DNA from: Trichoplax adhaerens
Taxonomy: Eukaryota > Animalia > Placozoa
Length of the DNA: 64,000 bases
Direction of reading: 5' to 3'
NCBI RefSeq assembly: GCF_000150275.1
Contig: NW_002060944.1
Span: 6,919,102-6,983,101 of the forward strand
A model generated the notes under the pieces. That model saw nothing but the letters and a program-made list of their open reading frames with translations, had not been told where the DNA came from and did no database searches. Below, in pieces: positions 14,701-27,400 of the stretch. A program made the position numbers and the translations under genes. Position 1 is the stretch's first letter. Every line of letters begins with the position of its first letter.

Positions 14701-15149
14701 AACCGTATACTTACCGTAAATTATTATATTCATACAGAATTATATCAATTTTTAAGCAGAGATGGCGTTATGCACTGCACATGACAAATTACAATTAATG
14801 TATATCGTTGTTGTAATGCTTCATTAAACTCTTAATAATCTTCAATTTCCTCCATTATTACTATTTTGACTTAATCACTTTAGAAAGTAGTAACTTAAAC
14901 TGACAGATGATAACGATTCATATTGCAATATAAATTTATTGATTAAATTACCATCGTTATCTCTCTAAGCGGATCATCATATAAAATCTTTAAATCCCAC
15001 TTTTACATTTCTCCTCATTTATGATATCTTAGTAGGTCATTAGTGGATTACTTGCTGATGATATCAAGACAGCCTAGAGTCTGTTTTGGTTGTAATGTGG
15101 TATCCTATTTTATCCTATTCATATCACCATTCTTAATGCTATCAATTAA

Positions 15150-16470
15150 TCGATTAGGCAATACGCGCATGAAAGATTGGAAATAAATCATAACATGTAG
15201 CTAATATTAAAATAAATGATGTCGTCGTTTCCTATTTCTTCATCTTATACGTAAATCTCTCCTTCATTCGTACTATCTTAATAAGATATTAACCGACGCC
15301 AAGCTATTCATTAGAGATACTAAGACCATATATGCAGAATAAAATTGTCTTGTATCTATCCGATCCATACCATCTTAGTTGGTCGATTATTAAGGAGTGT
15401 AAAAATCGAAAATCAATTACAATATGATAGCTAATAATATCAAATTAGATCAGAATCAATTTTAGTTCTCTTCTCTCTACCCGGGTATTAAATCCAATCA
15501 GTCGTTGTCAACACTTGTCAGCTCTCTTCATTCTACTGACATCTACATCATTTTTATAGAATATTAAGAGATGCCAAGATAACTATCATTATTAGCAGTA
15601 AGATAACCTACAGTCTATTCTATCCTATCCATTTTCTATTTATTACTCAAATGAACAGTATTAAAATCAGAAATCGATCGCAACGTGGTGGCCAATATCC
15701 AATTGGAGTCCATTTTAGTTATACCGTCAATGCACTTATCGCCCTGGACCAATACAACCAGAGGATATTTCACCAATTAGCAATGCTAAGATAGCTCGCC
15801 ATCTGTTCTGATTAAAAACAAAGTTCCATTCTATTCCCATCCATATTCTGCTCATTATATGATTAAGCAATAAGAAAATCAGACATCAATCATAATTTGA
15901 TGGTCGATATCGAATCGGATTCAAAATTAATTCTTCTCTCCCTATGTTTCAATCCAATTCATCTGCATCTATGCGGTTCTTAGATTCACTTCATTTTGCA
16001 AGCGCATTTTTTTAACCTACAATACTACTGCAATTAACTGAAATCACTACACTCTGCAAAGGTAATTTATAATCAATCTATTTTGAGTATAAACGAAGTT
16101 ACAGTCTCTGTTATCCTATTGATATTCGTATGATTACTCGACTGAACAATATGAAGATCAAAAATCAATCATGATTTGGTAGTCAAGATCAAATCGGATT
16201 TAATTCTGCTTAATCTCTGTTTGCGTCGGAATCTGATTCATCCCTACTTGAGCCTTCACCCTTTCTGCATCTACAAGCATACCGTCTCTAATAGAATGAT
16301 ATTCCATTGATCAGCGACATTAAGATAGTTTACGATTAGTCCATCTTAGTTATAAATAAAATTATATTCACATTCGATTTATTACTCGATGGATCAGTAT
16401 AAAGATCAAAGATCACTCCTGATCTGATAGTCATATCGAATTAGCGTTCCATTTTACTTCTTCTCCAACC
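15150..16470. repeat. Degenerate tandem repeat, ~245 bp period, 5-6 copies
   Basis: A recurring core like 'attactcga..gaacagtat.aagatcaaa.atca.tcatgat.tg.tag.ca.tatc.aat.gga' near 15150, 15390, 15650, 15870, 16135 and 16382. Confidence 0.65.
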
Positions 16471-16713
16471 TTTGATAAAAACATTTACAACCTTAAATCA
16501 ACTATCTAACGCAACTTGTATATCCCTGATATCAAAGGCGTGGTCTAATTAGAAAAACAAAAGACAAACATCTTAACAATATGTTTCTATCATTGATGGA
16601 AGAAAGAATAGTAACAGTCTTGCTGCACCATTCTTATACAAACCCTTGACAAATATTTCAGTCCTAGGTAGATCAACCAATGGATACAATCATCCATTTT
16701 CCCTGTATCTAGA

Positions 16714-16737
16714 CCCTAACCCTAACCCTAACCCTAG
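16714..16737. repeat. Short interstitial telomere-type repeat (CCCTAA)3 CCCTAG
   Basis: Exact sequence ccctaaccctaaccctaaccctag. Confidence 0.8.
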
Positions 16738-18447
16738 ATAGTAGTCAAATTATATTAACCGCAGTACTATCTATCCATTATTAGGAAAGAGTGAAGAATA
16801 GATAAGGTCAAATTTATCTTGTAATTGTGATGATAACATTATTTCACAAATAGATTACTAACCTATTTAGATATCAGCGCCGCATTTATTCCAACGCTAT
16901 CGTGATTATCCTTCATCCATTAGAAAGTTTTTTAAATTATAGCCAGGCAAGTGGCAAGGTAAAGGATAAAAGGTAAAGTCAAATTAACCTGGAAAGTTTC
17001 TATCAATCAATGAATTTATTGTGTGTTTCAACCATAACAGAAAAATCAACACATGATGCCAAGAATCCTTCTTGTTAACGATTGTTTTATTTTTTATTAA
17101 ATAGTAATTACAATCAATAAATTAGGTTTTAACACGACCCAATCATTCGCATTGTATCGATAATTTTTCATCTTTCGTCGGCAAGCAAAGCTTGCTAGTC
17201 ATTTCTGCGATATATTGGGTAATCCATTTGACAATCTCTATTTCAAGAAATTCAATCTAAACTAAATCAACTTCTATTGTTATAAATAGTTTTTAAAAGC
17301 GATGCGCTCCCTGTCTTTGCAGACTTGTAACAATCTTCTATTTTATTTATTATGTCATCAATCGATAAAATTAATTACACATTGATCAATTTATTTTTAT
17401 AAAACACCCAAAGGTTATAATCACATCAACCAGATCAATTTCTACACCATGAAATAATTAAGCAGTGCTATGAATCGAATAATGTCCTCTAAAGTATACG
17501 TATACAGTAAAGGTAGAGTTATGGTCTAGTTCGGGTTAGCATCAATTTTTAGAGACGTAGTAAGCAATCAATTCTAGTTACCTCGATTATTTCAAATCTA
17601 TTTAACTAAGAGAGATAGAATATAGTGTTAATAGTGTCGCTTAACATTGGATTACGTTGGGGAAATGAACGAAATATTGTGCTCTTAAGCTATAACACTA
17701 CATGATACAACATACCGTTACTCGATTATTATCATCATTTCTTTCTATACTACACCGAACAAATCCACTTAGGATATATCTTCCACTCGAAAAATCGATT
17801 TTCAATTTACTGTCGTCGCTTATGATTGTAAGTTAATCATATCAAGAGAGAAAAATTGATAATTGACTACTGCTGATCTGAATATATTAGATAGTTTATT
17901 GGCAATTTAAATGAACAGCATCGATAAAATCATCTACCGATGCTGCAGTAATGGATATCACAACTAATCACAACTAATCACACTGCCACTGATCGTTTCG
18001 AATGATTGCAAAATTGGTTTAATTTTATTGCTCATATGGATGAAACAATGATAAGTCGACTATTAATATACACGTATGCTAAAGGCTATCGAATTGACAT
18101 TCCTATTTTGACCTGTGATTGGTCTCCTGCTCTGTTTTTATAAACATGATCTAACTTTGACATCGATCATCCATGTTAAAATAGTCGGTGCATGGGCATG
18201 CGCTTAATTTGAGCAAAATGGCTCGCAAGTCTACTCGTAAGGTTAATAAATTAATCCATCTTGGTTGGGAAAATTTTATTTAGAATTGATGGATCAAGAT
18301 CTAGCTCGTATATTAGCAAAATCTGTTCTTAATTTACCTTGCCATATTTGATTCTATCGAATACTTGGAGCTGTCATGAAATAATACTAATTCTACCATT
18401 TCAGTGCTGATTTCGTTGTTATTAATCTTTATTTTATTTAGCCCAAG

Positions 18448-21400
18448 ATGTCTGGCAGGAAAAGAACCAGCGATATATTAATGGATTCATTGCGAATTGT
18501 TTCCTTTAAGGAAGCTCCATCTTTGCCATCCAAGTATCATGGTGTAAAGTCAACACTAGGATCAGGAGCCAGTAAAACCATCGATTTAGTACTGGTAAGA
18601 AAGACAGAACCCTTTGCTTTCCTGATGAAGACGATTATTTTCCTAGTAAACAGATGATTAATATATACGGGATAGAACAAGTTTTACGTCATCCTAGTAT
18701 TACTCATTCTAGCATTTTTACACTCAAAATACACCCGATATGGCAGATCGGTCTATTGAAATAGAATTATTATAAATATCAGTATTGTTACTGGTAGTAA
18801 TTTTGTTAGGCTACGATAAATGTTAAAGTTCTGTCATTATCGTGACAAAGCAAGGCGAATAAGAGTAAAAACTATGTATAAGCTGAAATGAATATTTCTA
18901 GTAATTCAGCTCGATCATGATTATAGTTAAAAGCTTTACTGAATCTCGAGTCTTTCAAAAGCAAAATGATGCACAAGCTGATATACAAATATCCAGAAAT
19001 TCAGTTAGATCATGGCTACAGTCAAAGCTTTAGTCTATCCCTGTCCTATAAAAGCAAAACGATGTATAAATCGAAATGGATATTTCTATTAATTCAGTTA
19101 GATGGTGATTGTAATTAAAGCTTTAGTAAATCCCTATCATGCAAAGTAAAACAATCGGCTAATAGTACTATAAATATAGAGTTATGAAAATTGTTTATAA
19201 AAATTCAAGACGAAGAATTGGTTAAACTATATATTTCGTATTTGATAGTAAAAGGAAATGAAAACCTGATTTCTACATGTCATTCCATAGCCTTTCAACT
19301 TTTTTAGTCATCTTATGGATAATACCGTAGTATTCTTAGCAAAGTATAGGCCCAAACTACCTTCAACGATAGCATAGAAAGACATGAACAGAGTCCGATT
19401 AAAGTTGACTGCATAACGCATTATACTGTACATACTGTAGTTAAGATAGTCATCAGTTAGGAGGAATTTGAAATAAATCATAGGTAAAATATATCGTGAC
19501 TGACGATCTTACAAGCTTGAATTGCTTTATAAAACATGGCATGATCACAGTATGATCAGTTGATCACTATTCGTAACTATTATATTTGAGGAATAGCCTA
19601 TTGAGCTTGTTGACTAAAAAATTGAAACACATCCTATCACTATTTGACAACTAGCTCCCGTTCTACTGTGGAAATTAAATTTAATTCTACAAACCGTACA
19701 TATTTTTATTCATATTTGAAATGTTAGATGCATAGTATGGATAGTAATGATAGAAAACTGTCGCTCTACTTTCGAGAAATAAAACGTAAATTCAACATTG
19801 ATCATTACACCATTAGCCGAAACTGTAGCATCGTTATTGCTGTCCTCAAATTCAAGCAATGCCAATAGAATAACGATCGATTTTTTTGAAGAGGACACAT
19901 CGTTCAAAATAGACTTCAAAGTCGTTGCCCTTGGTTCAATTAATCAATCATCTCGCCTGATTTTATCTAGGCTGCTCGAAACGGAGATTCTCAAGCTATT
20001 CAAGTCATTGCACAAGATCTAAATGATCCATTACCTATAATTAATGCCTGTGATAAAGATGGTTTCTCTCCTCTTCATTATGCTGCACATTATGGCCACC
20101 GAGATGTAATTTCTACCCTAATCCGTTTTGGTGCAGGTATGATTTTTACAAATAATATCATATCTTGAATTCAATCCCAGTATTTATGCTTTATAGTATT
20201 GGAGAATAGTTTAACATTTATAGGCTGCATTAGATTTATGATGTATTTAAATGATTTTAGTTGTCATATTAGTATCAGCTTTTCCTATGGTACCATCTTC
20301 CTTTATTTCAGTATCGGCGATTGCTTCATAATCTTTTAAAATCTTTATCAGGGCCTTAAGCAAACATTTTATCACAATGGCCTTAAAGTTATATATTGAG
20401 ACACCTAAAACTATAAACTATTAGTTAATATTCTCATATCTTTCAAATGACCTATAAAGCTAGTTAGGAAATGATTAAATGAAGTTTAAAACATTTAATC
20501 TCGACCAAAATTGTTCATATTTGCTAGATAGATTTTAAGATCTTCTTATTTGTTGAGCTACTTTTGACTATACCTCTAAATATGAACTTAACTAGATATT
20601 AAAAGAATTATATGTCAGTTCTTTCCCATAAGCAAATTAGAATCACATTTTATAATGTAAAGTATTTTTGCATCAGGTTCTAATTTTTATTCATAACTAT
20701 TATTGACCCTTTTTAAATCATCTATTTTTTCATATTTTTATAAATATATCAAGATCCCAACATTAGAGGAAAAGAAGACCAGACACCAATGCATTTGGCA
20801 GCAAAGTATAATGCTACTGATGGTTTACTTGAATTAATCGCCAATAAAGCAGATGTCAATGCAAAAAACCAATTTGGCCTGACTCCGCTCCATTTTACAA
20901 GCCGACGTGATTTTGTGGAAGCTACAAAGGTACAATAAAGTGGCAACGTTATCGAATATTCGAGGTGTATAAGATGGCTTAATTAGGTTTAATTGAATAT
21001 GAGCATCTCCTTACTTCTTATGACACAGATATTACTTCTTGATGGGAAAGCAAATCCTAATTCTACTGACAACGATTTATCAACACCACTACATGGAGCA
21101 GCTGCTGGCGGAAATCAAGCTGTTTGCAAACTCCTAGTAAGTCCACCATGAAATAAATAGCACAAAAGTGATTGCTTTTGCTACTTGTTAGTAAAAATTA
21201 TGAAACTGTCATAATCACTAGTTAATTTTTTTATCTGAACATTCTAAACACGTAGTTGGAAAATAAAGCAAGTATTCTAATGAAAGCTCGTGATCAATCA
21301 ACACCACTGCATTCTGCAGCTATTTCTGGAAGCACAAATATTATGCGCTTTATCTTCCTTGTAGGTTAGTACATCTTGTGTATAATTCAAAATTAGCTAG

Positions 21401-24400
21401 CGTAAGTTATTTTGCTTTTTTGGTCAATTATTATTGATATCTGGTGAAATAATAAAGATCCATAGTACTGATAATTTTTATCTCTTTCTTCGCAGCTGCT
21501 AACTTTAATCGGACAACCTTGGAATTAGTCGATGAATTGGATGCTTTAGAGAATACACCATTGCATTTAGCTGTGCAAAATGGCAACTATGATGTAAGTC
21601 ATAATTAGTCCTTTACATATAAAAACTTATACAAATGTATCAGGCCTAGCATGGAAATACATATAGTACTATATTATCGAATAATTCAGACATCAGTATA
21701 GCTACAGCTTAAATTAGTTAATAGTTCATGTAATTTGTAGATACAGAATTAATAAAGGTTACCAGTCAATTAAATGTTTGATATCATTTATCGCTAAATG
21801 ATTGTCCTGCTGGTAGGATCGACTGAAAATTTCATAAATATATCATTGATTAATATCTCATTGCATTAAATATACATAATGTAGGCCGTCCAGCTATGTC
21901 TCAATTATGGAGCTAATCCCAACTCTCAAAGGGTAGGATAGGACAAGGAATTGCCACTGTTGTAGGATAAGATAAAGAGTTGTTACTGTTATAGAATAAA
22001 ATATAATTCATTTTAAGTTACAAATACCTTAATACCCACTCAATGCTATTAAATATCATATAATCCTTTTCCATGACATTAGCTAATAATTCTAGCCAGA
22101 ATAACATTTCTATCCATTAATTAATTATTAATTCTCTCCGATGCATTTATTGCAGTACAATCAAGCGACACCATTACATTTAGCTGCTCAATTTGGACAT
22201 CTAGATATTGCAAAATTACTAGTGCAAAAGAAAGCAAGATTAAATGTTATCGATCGCGATCGTAGGACACCAATGCATAAGTAATTTCTGTATATTGATG
22301 AATAAATTTAAAATGCGGATTACGAAAGTATATAAATGGATTGTTCTAATCACTTTATTTGATTTAAAAACTTTTATCGATATTGCTAATTTATCCTTCT
22401 TCTTTACAATTAATTTAATAGATGCGCTCTAACAAACAAATTGGATATAATCAAATTCCTAGTTGAAAAGGTAAGAATTGACTCATCATTTTAGGAATAG
22501 AACGGTAATAAAATAATTACTACGATAATCCTAGTAATCTATCGTTGCCATGACTCTTCCTTGTAGAAAGCAAACATTGACATTAAAGATGCAGAACGAT
22601 TTACACCCTTTATGTGCGCTTGTTGGATGGGAAATTTAGAGATTGCTAAGTATTTAGTTGAACAAGATTGTATTATTGACTCAGCAGATAGTTCCAATCG
22701 ATTATGCATCCATTGGGCTGTTAAGGGACATCATTCGGAATTGCTTTATTATCTACTAACGGTAATTTTCCCACTATTTTATATTCATGTAAATCAAAAT
22801 GATATCACTACAACCTACAGAAATCTTTCATAATAGCTACAGCACTGTTGCATATCAACTTCGAAGGGCTTGTTGCTGCTGCTATTTCTAGTTTTTTACA
22901 ATTGTTTAAAATAAGTGGATCAAGATAGGATTATATAGATCTGATTTCCACATATTGTCTACAGATTGGATGCTCACAACTCATTGATAGGACCGATTGG
23001 AAAAATCAGACGCCATTACATTATTCAGCCAGTAGGGGTGATATTGAGGTAGCCAATAAATTGCTGATACAGCTGTTAATGAATCTTGACTTCACTAGAA
23101 ATCATTCATTTCAAAATCGATCGTGATGTTTAATTATTTTAAAAAATAATCTCTTGTTACTAGATAGTACAGATTCTCCTCGAATATGAGGCTTCTCTTA
23201 CCTCTAGAGATGATGAAGAGAAAATGCCACTGCATTTAGCAGTCGAGTAAGTATATCACATTTCAAGTTAGTCTGATCTGGCTTATATTTTTCATCGTAA
23301 AAACAGATATTGTTAATGTATAAGATATTTTATCCTGCATTGTACTTAAAGTCTTCAATTGAGTAAAAATTCTTCAAATATGGATTAGTAATTTAAAATT
23401 AGATTAGTCAGTATTCGAGTATTTATCCATGACTATGAGGTTATATTCTCTCGTAGCGACATTTGGATCAACTACGGTATTACTTCAAGGTATTGATTTA
23501 AATACATTATCACACCGATTTAGGAACGGCCATCACCTTGTTGCTGTTACATTAATTGATGCATTGCCGGGTGTTATTAATTGTCGTGATGAAGGTGGTC
23601 GAACACCGTTACATTTAGCAGCAATGCATGGACATTTGTATACTGTGAAAGAATTAATTGAAAGAGGAGCTGATATTAATAGCAAGTAAGCTGCCAATAA
23701 CTAATTAATCAGAGTACGCCATGGAAAAGTATAATTTATCCTGCTGATAGCGATCATTTCATTTTTCGCTGCTGTATTTTGTACTAGATAAAATTGAGTA
23801 AATTATTAATAATTTGCCAATATCATAATAGAGACGATAGAAGTTGGACTCCACTTGATTACGCTGCGAGTAAAGGATTTGCAGATATGATTGATCTATT
23901 ACTTCGAAATTACGCTGCTATCCATTCCGTGGATAAAAATAAGGTCTGTTAATTACTGATAATGGCTTTAAAATTTATATCAGTCTTGATATAAAATGCG
24001 ATTATGTTTTATTTAGTATTCCTAGTCTATACCAATACAGTATATAGTACTTGTGAAATTATACTATTACTCATTCTATCGATAAGATAACATATCTGGT
24101 AAGTAATGACTTCTATAGCAGTGTCAAATCTTGCTACCAATGGGGCCTATATCTCTCTGGCATTCTACTAAATTTAAAATAGCTTTCATTGTTTCCTTAA
24201 GAATTTACCAGAATCTAGTGATTTGTGAAAGTTCATATTGCTTGATTCATACGCATTTATAGATATGCCGTGATGCTTAAAAATCATCCTGCTTTTCATC
24301 AAATTAATAAAATGTATAAAGTCTGCTAGCTAAAATTTCCTAAGTGATGTCAATCATGATATAAATTGCGATTCTACTTGTCCGGCATTTTGCAATACTT

Positions 24401-27400
24401 AAGATAGTTCAACTGATCACGTAACATTCCAAGCTCTAGCAATCTACTCATATGCTAATGCAGATGATTTTTTTAATATGTATCTAATCTTAGAATACGC
24501 CATTACATTTGGCTGCAACTAATGGCCATTCATCTGCGGTAAATCTTTTACTGGATTATGGAGCTGATCCGTCCAGAACCAATCAATTCGATTGCACTCC
24601 GTTAGATTTAGCTATTGAGAATATTCAGAAAGATACTGCTTTAGCATTTGTCAATCATAAAAGGTAAAGAGTTCAGATTATGCTTCATATAGGCATAAAA
24701 TATACCTCCGGTAAGATATTTCGAAATAACGTAATTTGATACTTGCTCTTTTTTATTAATTTAAATATAAGGTGGCAGGAAGCATTATCTAGCATTGGAA
24801 AAGGTGATAATCCTCCTATGAAAGGCTTAATTGCCACATTACCTGATGTTGCTAAGGTTATACGCACTACTATGATACATAAATATAATGCAGTTTACCT
24901 GAATACTTCAATTTCACATATTATAGAATGTTTAGCTATAGAGATTTAGATGGTAATACAAGGTTTTAATTTAATTTGTAAAGCTAATAAAATTCAACTC
25001 ATAATTCCAATGTATTCACAAAAATTTATTCTTTGCAGGTGGTTATGAACCGCTGCATTACAACAAGTGCACTATCGGAACAACATCCCGATTTTTCGGT
25101 ATACTTTCTAAATTCTTAATTATAGTATCATGCAAATAGATTTTAATTACTTTCATAGGATAGTTTAACTACAACTTTACTCTCTCTATTACAAATCGTT
25201 TTATAAAATAACATTGTAAATATATTCACGGCTAGCTTATAATACCGGAATATTGAAATTTTTTTATTTTTAAACGAATGGGAAATAATCCCTTTCCTTT
25301 CATTCCTACAAACCTTCAATATGTTCCATAATTTGAACGACACAAGATTACTTATAACTACAGCTATTTACTTTCACATCCACGATCCCTGCACAATCGA
25401 TTTTTTGGCTTAAAGGTATAATTAAACAAGATATTTACCTGATATTTACATATTAGCACGTATACGGTATATAAGTTTAGATATTAATAAAGGGATTATG
25501 TACACATAATGAATTGTATGACGTTTTTAATTCAATTTTAGTACTATTATCAGATATTTTCTCTTTCATACTGTACTCTTGCTAAAGTACGTAAAATGTA
25601 AAGATATTTACTAGATATATCGCATAAAATAATATAAAACTTTACACAATACATCATGTGCTTTATCTCGTAAGTAATTCTATTTTAGTAGCTATATTAT
25701 AGGCATCTCGGAAGTTCAATAATCGTATTTTTTGTTCGTTTTCAGGATATGATTTCTAATAACCGTGAGACATTATTAAATCACCCGTTAGCAAGACATC
25801 TATTAGAATACAAGTGGTAAAATAATTTGATATCAGTAATATCAACATCAATTCTATAATAGATGATTGAACTTAATTGATCATAGTATTTACTTCTTGT
25901 CCAGATAACAGTATCAAAATAGCTTAATTTATTTCGCTTGAAGAGTATGCTGAGATTAGCTTAGGACTGAATAATTAAATTTAATAATCAAAATTATCAT
26001 TCCTTGTTTGGACAGTAGTATCAGAATATCTTCATTTGTAATGCTCGAAAGAAATACAGATATTAGATAGGTTTTCATCTTCAGTGAGTTCTTAAGGTCT
26101 TGACCTGAGAATCCATTTAATTTTAAAATTGAAACAATCAGAATAATCAATTCTACTGTAATTAATAGCGGCACAATCATACGCTCATTTAGCAGCTTAA
26201 AATGACGATAAAATTAGTTGATCGAATTCTGAATGCCCTGTCCTATATTTTATCTCTGATTGGAAACGAAATACAGGAATTTGTATGGCAGATGGATATA
26301 TTATCCGGCATTTATTGCTTACGTAATCTACCTAACAACAGTAACGATATTCATGATTTATACCACAACATTCCAAAGTTTTAACGAGGTAAACAAAATT
26401 AAAATCTACTTTCTAGAAAGACTTATTATATTTATTCTATTACGTAATTACTTAAACTTATGTATAATAAATTCTGTAAATAAAAATTCTTATTTATACA
26501 CGTATACGTACAGCTCATGCCACAATCTTTCATTTCATCCTTTCTATATTAATACCTAGACAAGAATTGAGACTACAGTTTTACAAGTTGGATTGGTCTT
26601 AATGTCTTGCATCGCCTTGATTATTCAGTTATTTCAAATCCTACAAAAGGTTAATTATTAACAAAAAGAAACTGTAAATTGATTTCTGATTAAATTATGG
26701 AAAATGAGTTGTACTTAATAACTTAACTCAATCATGACATTTAATCATTTCTACACTATATCTGCAAATAGAGATTGAAGTACTTCAAAAATTGGACCAA
26801 AGTATTAGATTGGTCGGTTGCAATTTCGATTTTACTGTACGTTGTTCCAGCCGAAAGATCCATTACCTTTTCCGCAAATAATCAAGTTGATATAGTTAAT
26901 TTCACCTTCGGATTATTTGATGGCTATCGACCTCGAGGTACTCAAGTTGCTGCTGGAGCTGTTGCTATTCTACTAGCGTGGTGCCATTTTCTGTTATATC
27001 TTCAAAGGTATGGATAGAGAGAGTAGCTATAAATGTTCAGATCGTATAGACTAAGTAGAAATTGCCGTCATAGTATCTGGTGCTAAGGTAATGTTGTGAT
27101 ATAACCAGCAGATTTAAAGGTAGATATTAGATTCGGTTGTTAATAGAGAAGGAACTTGAAGTCTTTGATGCAAATCTTACAGAATGCAAAAGATCGCAAT
27201 TTTCAACTTTCCTTCAGCTACAAACTTGTTTATAGGCTATTGCGATAGTTACTTTTACATTTTTGTCTCAATACCTAAGCGTTCTCGTTGCTGTAATCAC
27301 CTTACCAGTTGTATGAATTCTCATAGAAAACCTATAGTATAGCAGTTTATTAACTGCCACTTTTGTTATAGATTTGCCCTTGGCACCTACGTTATTATGT

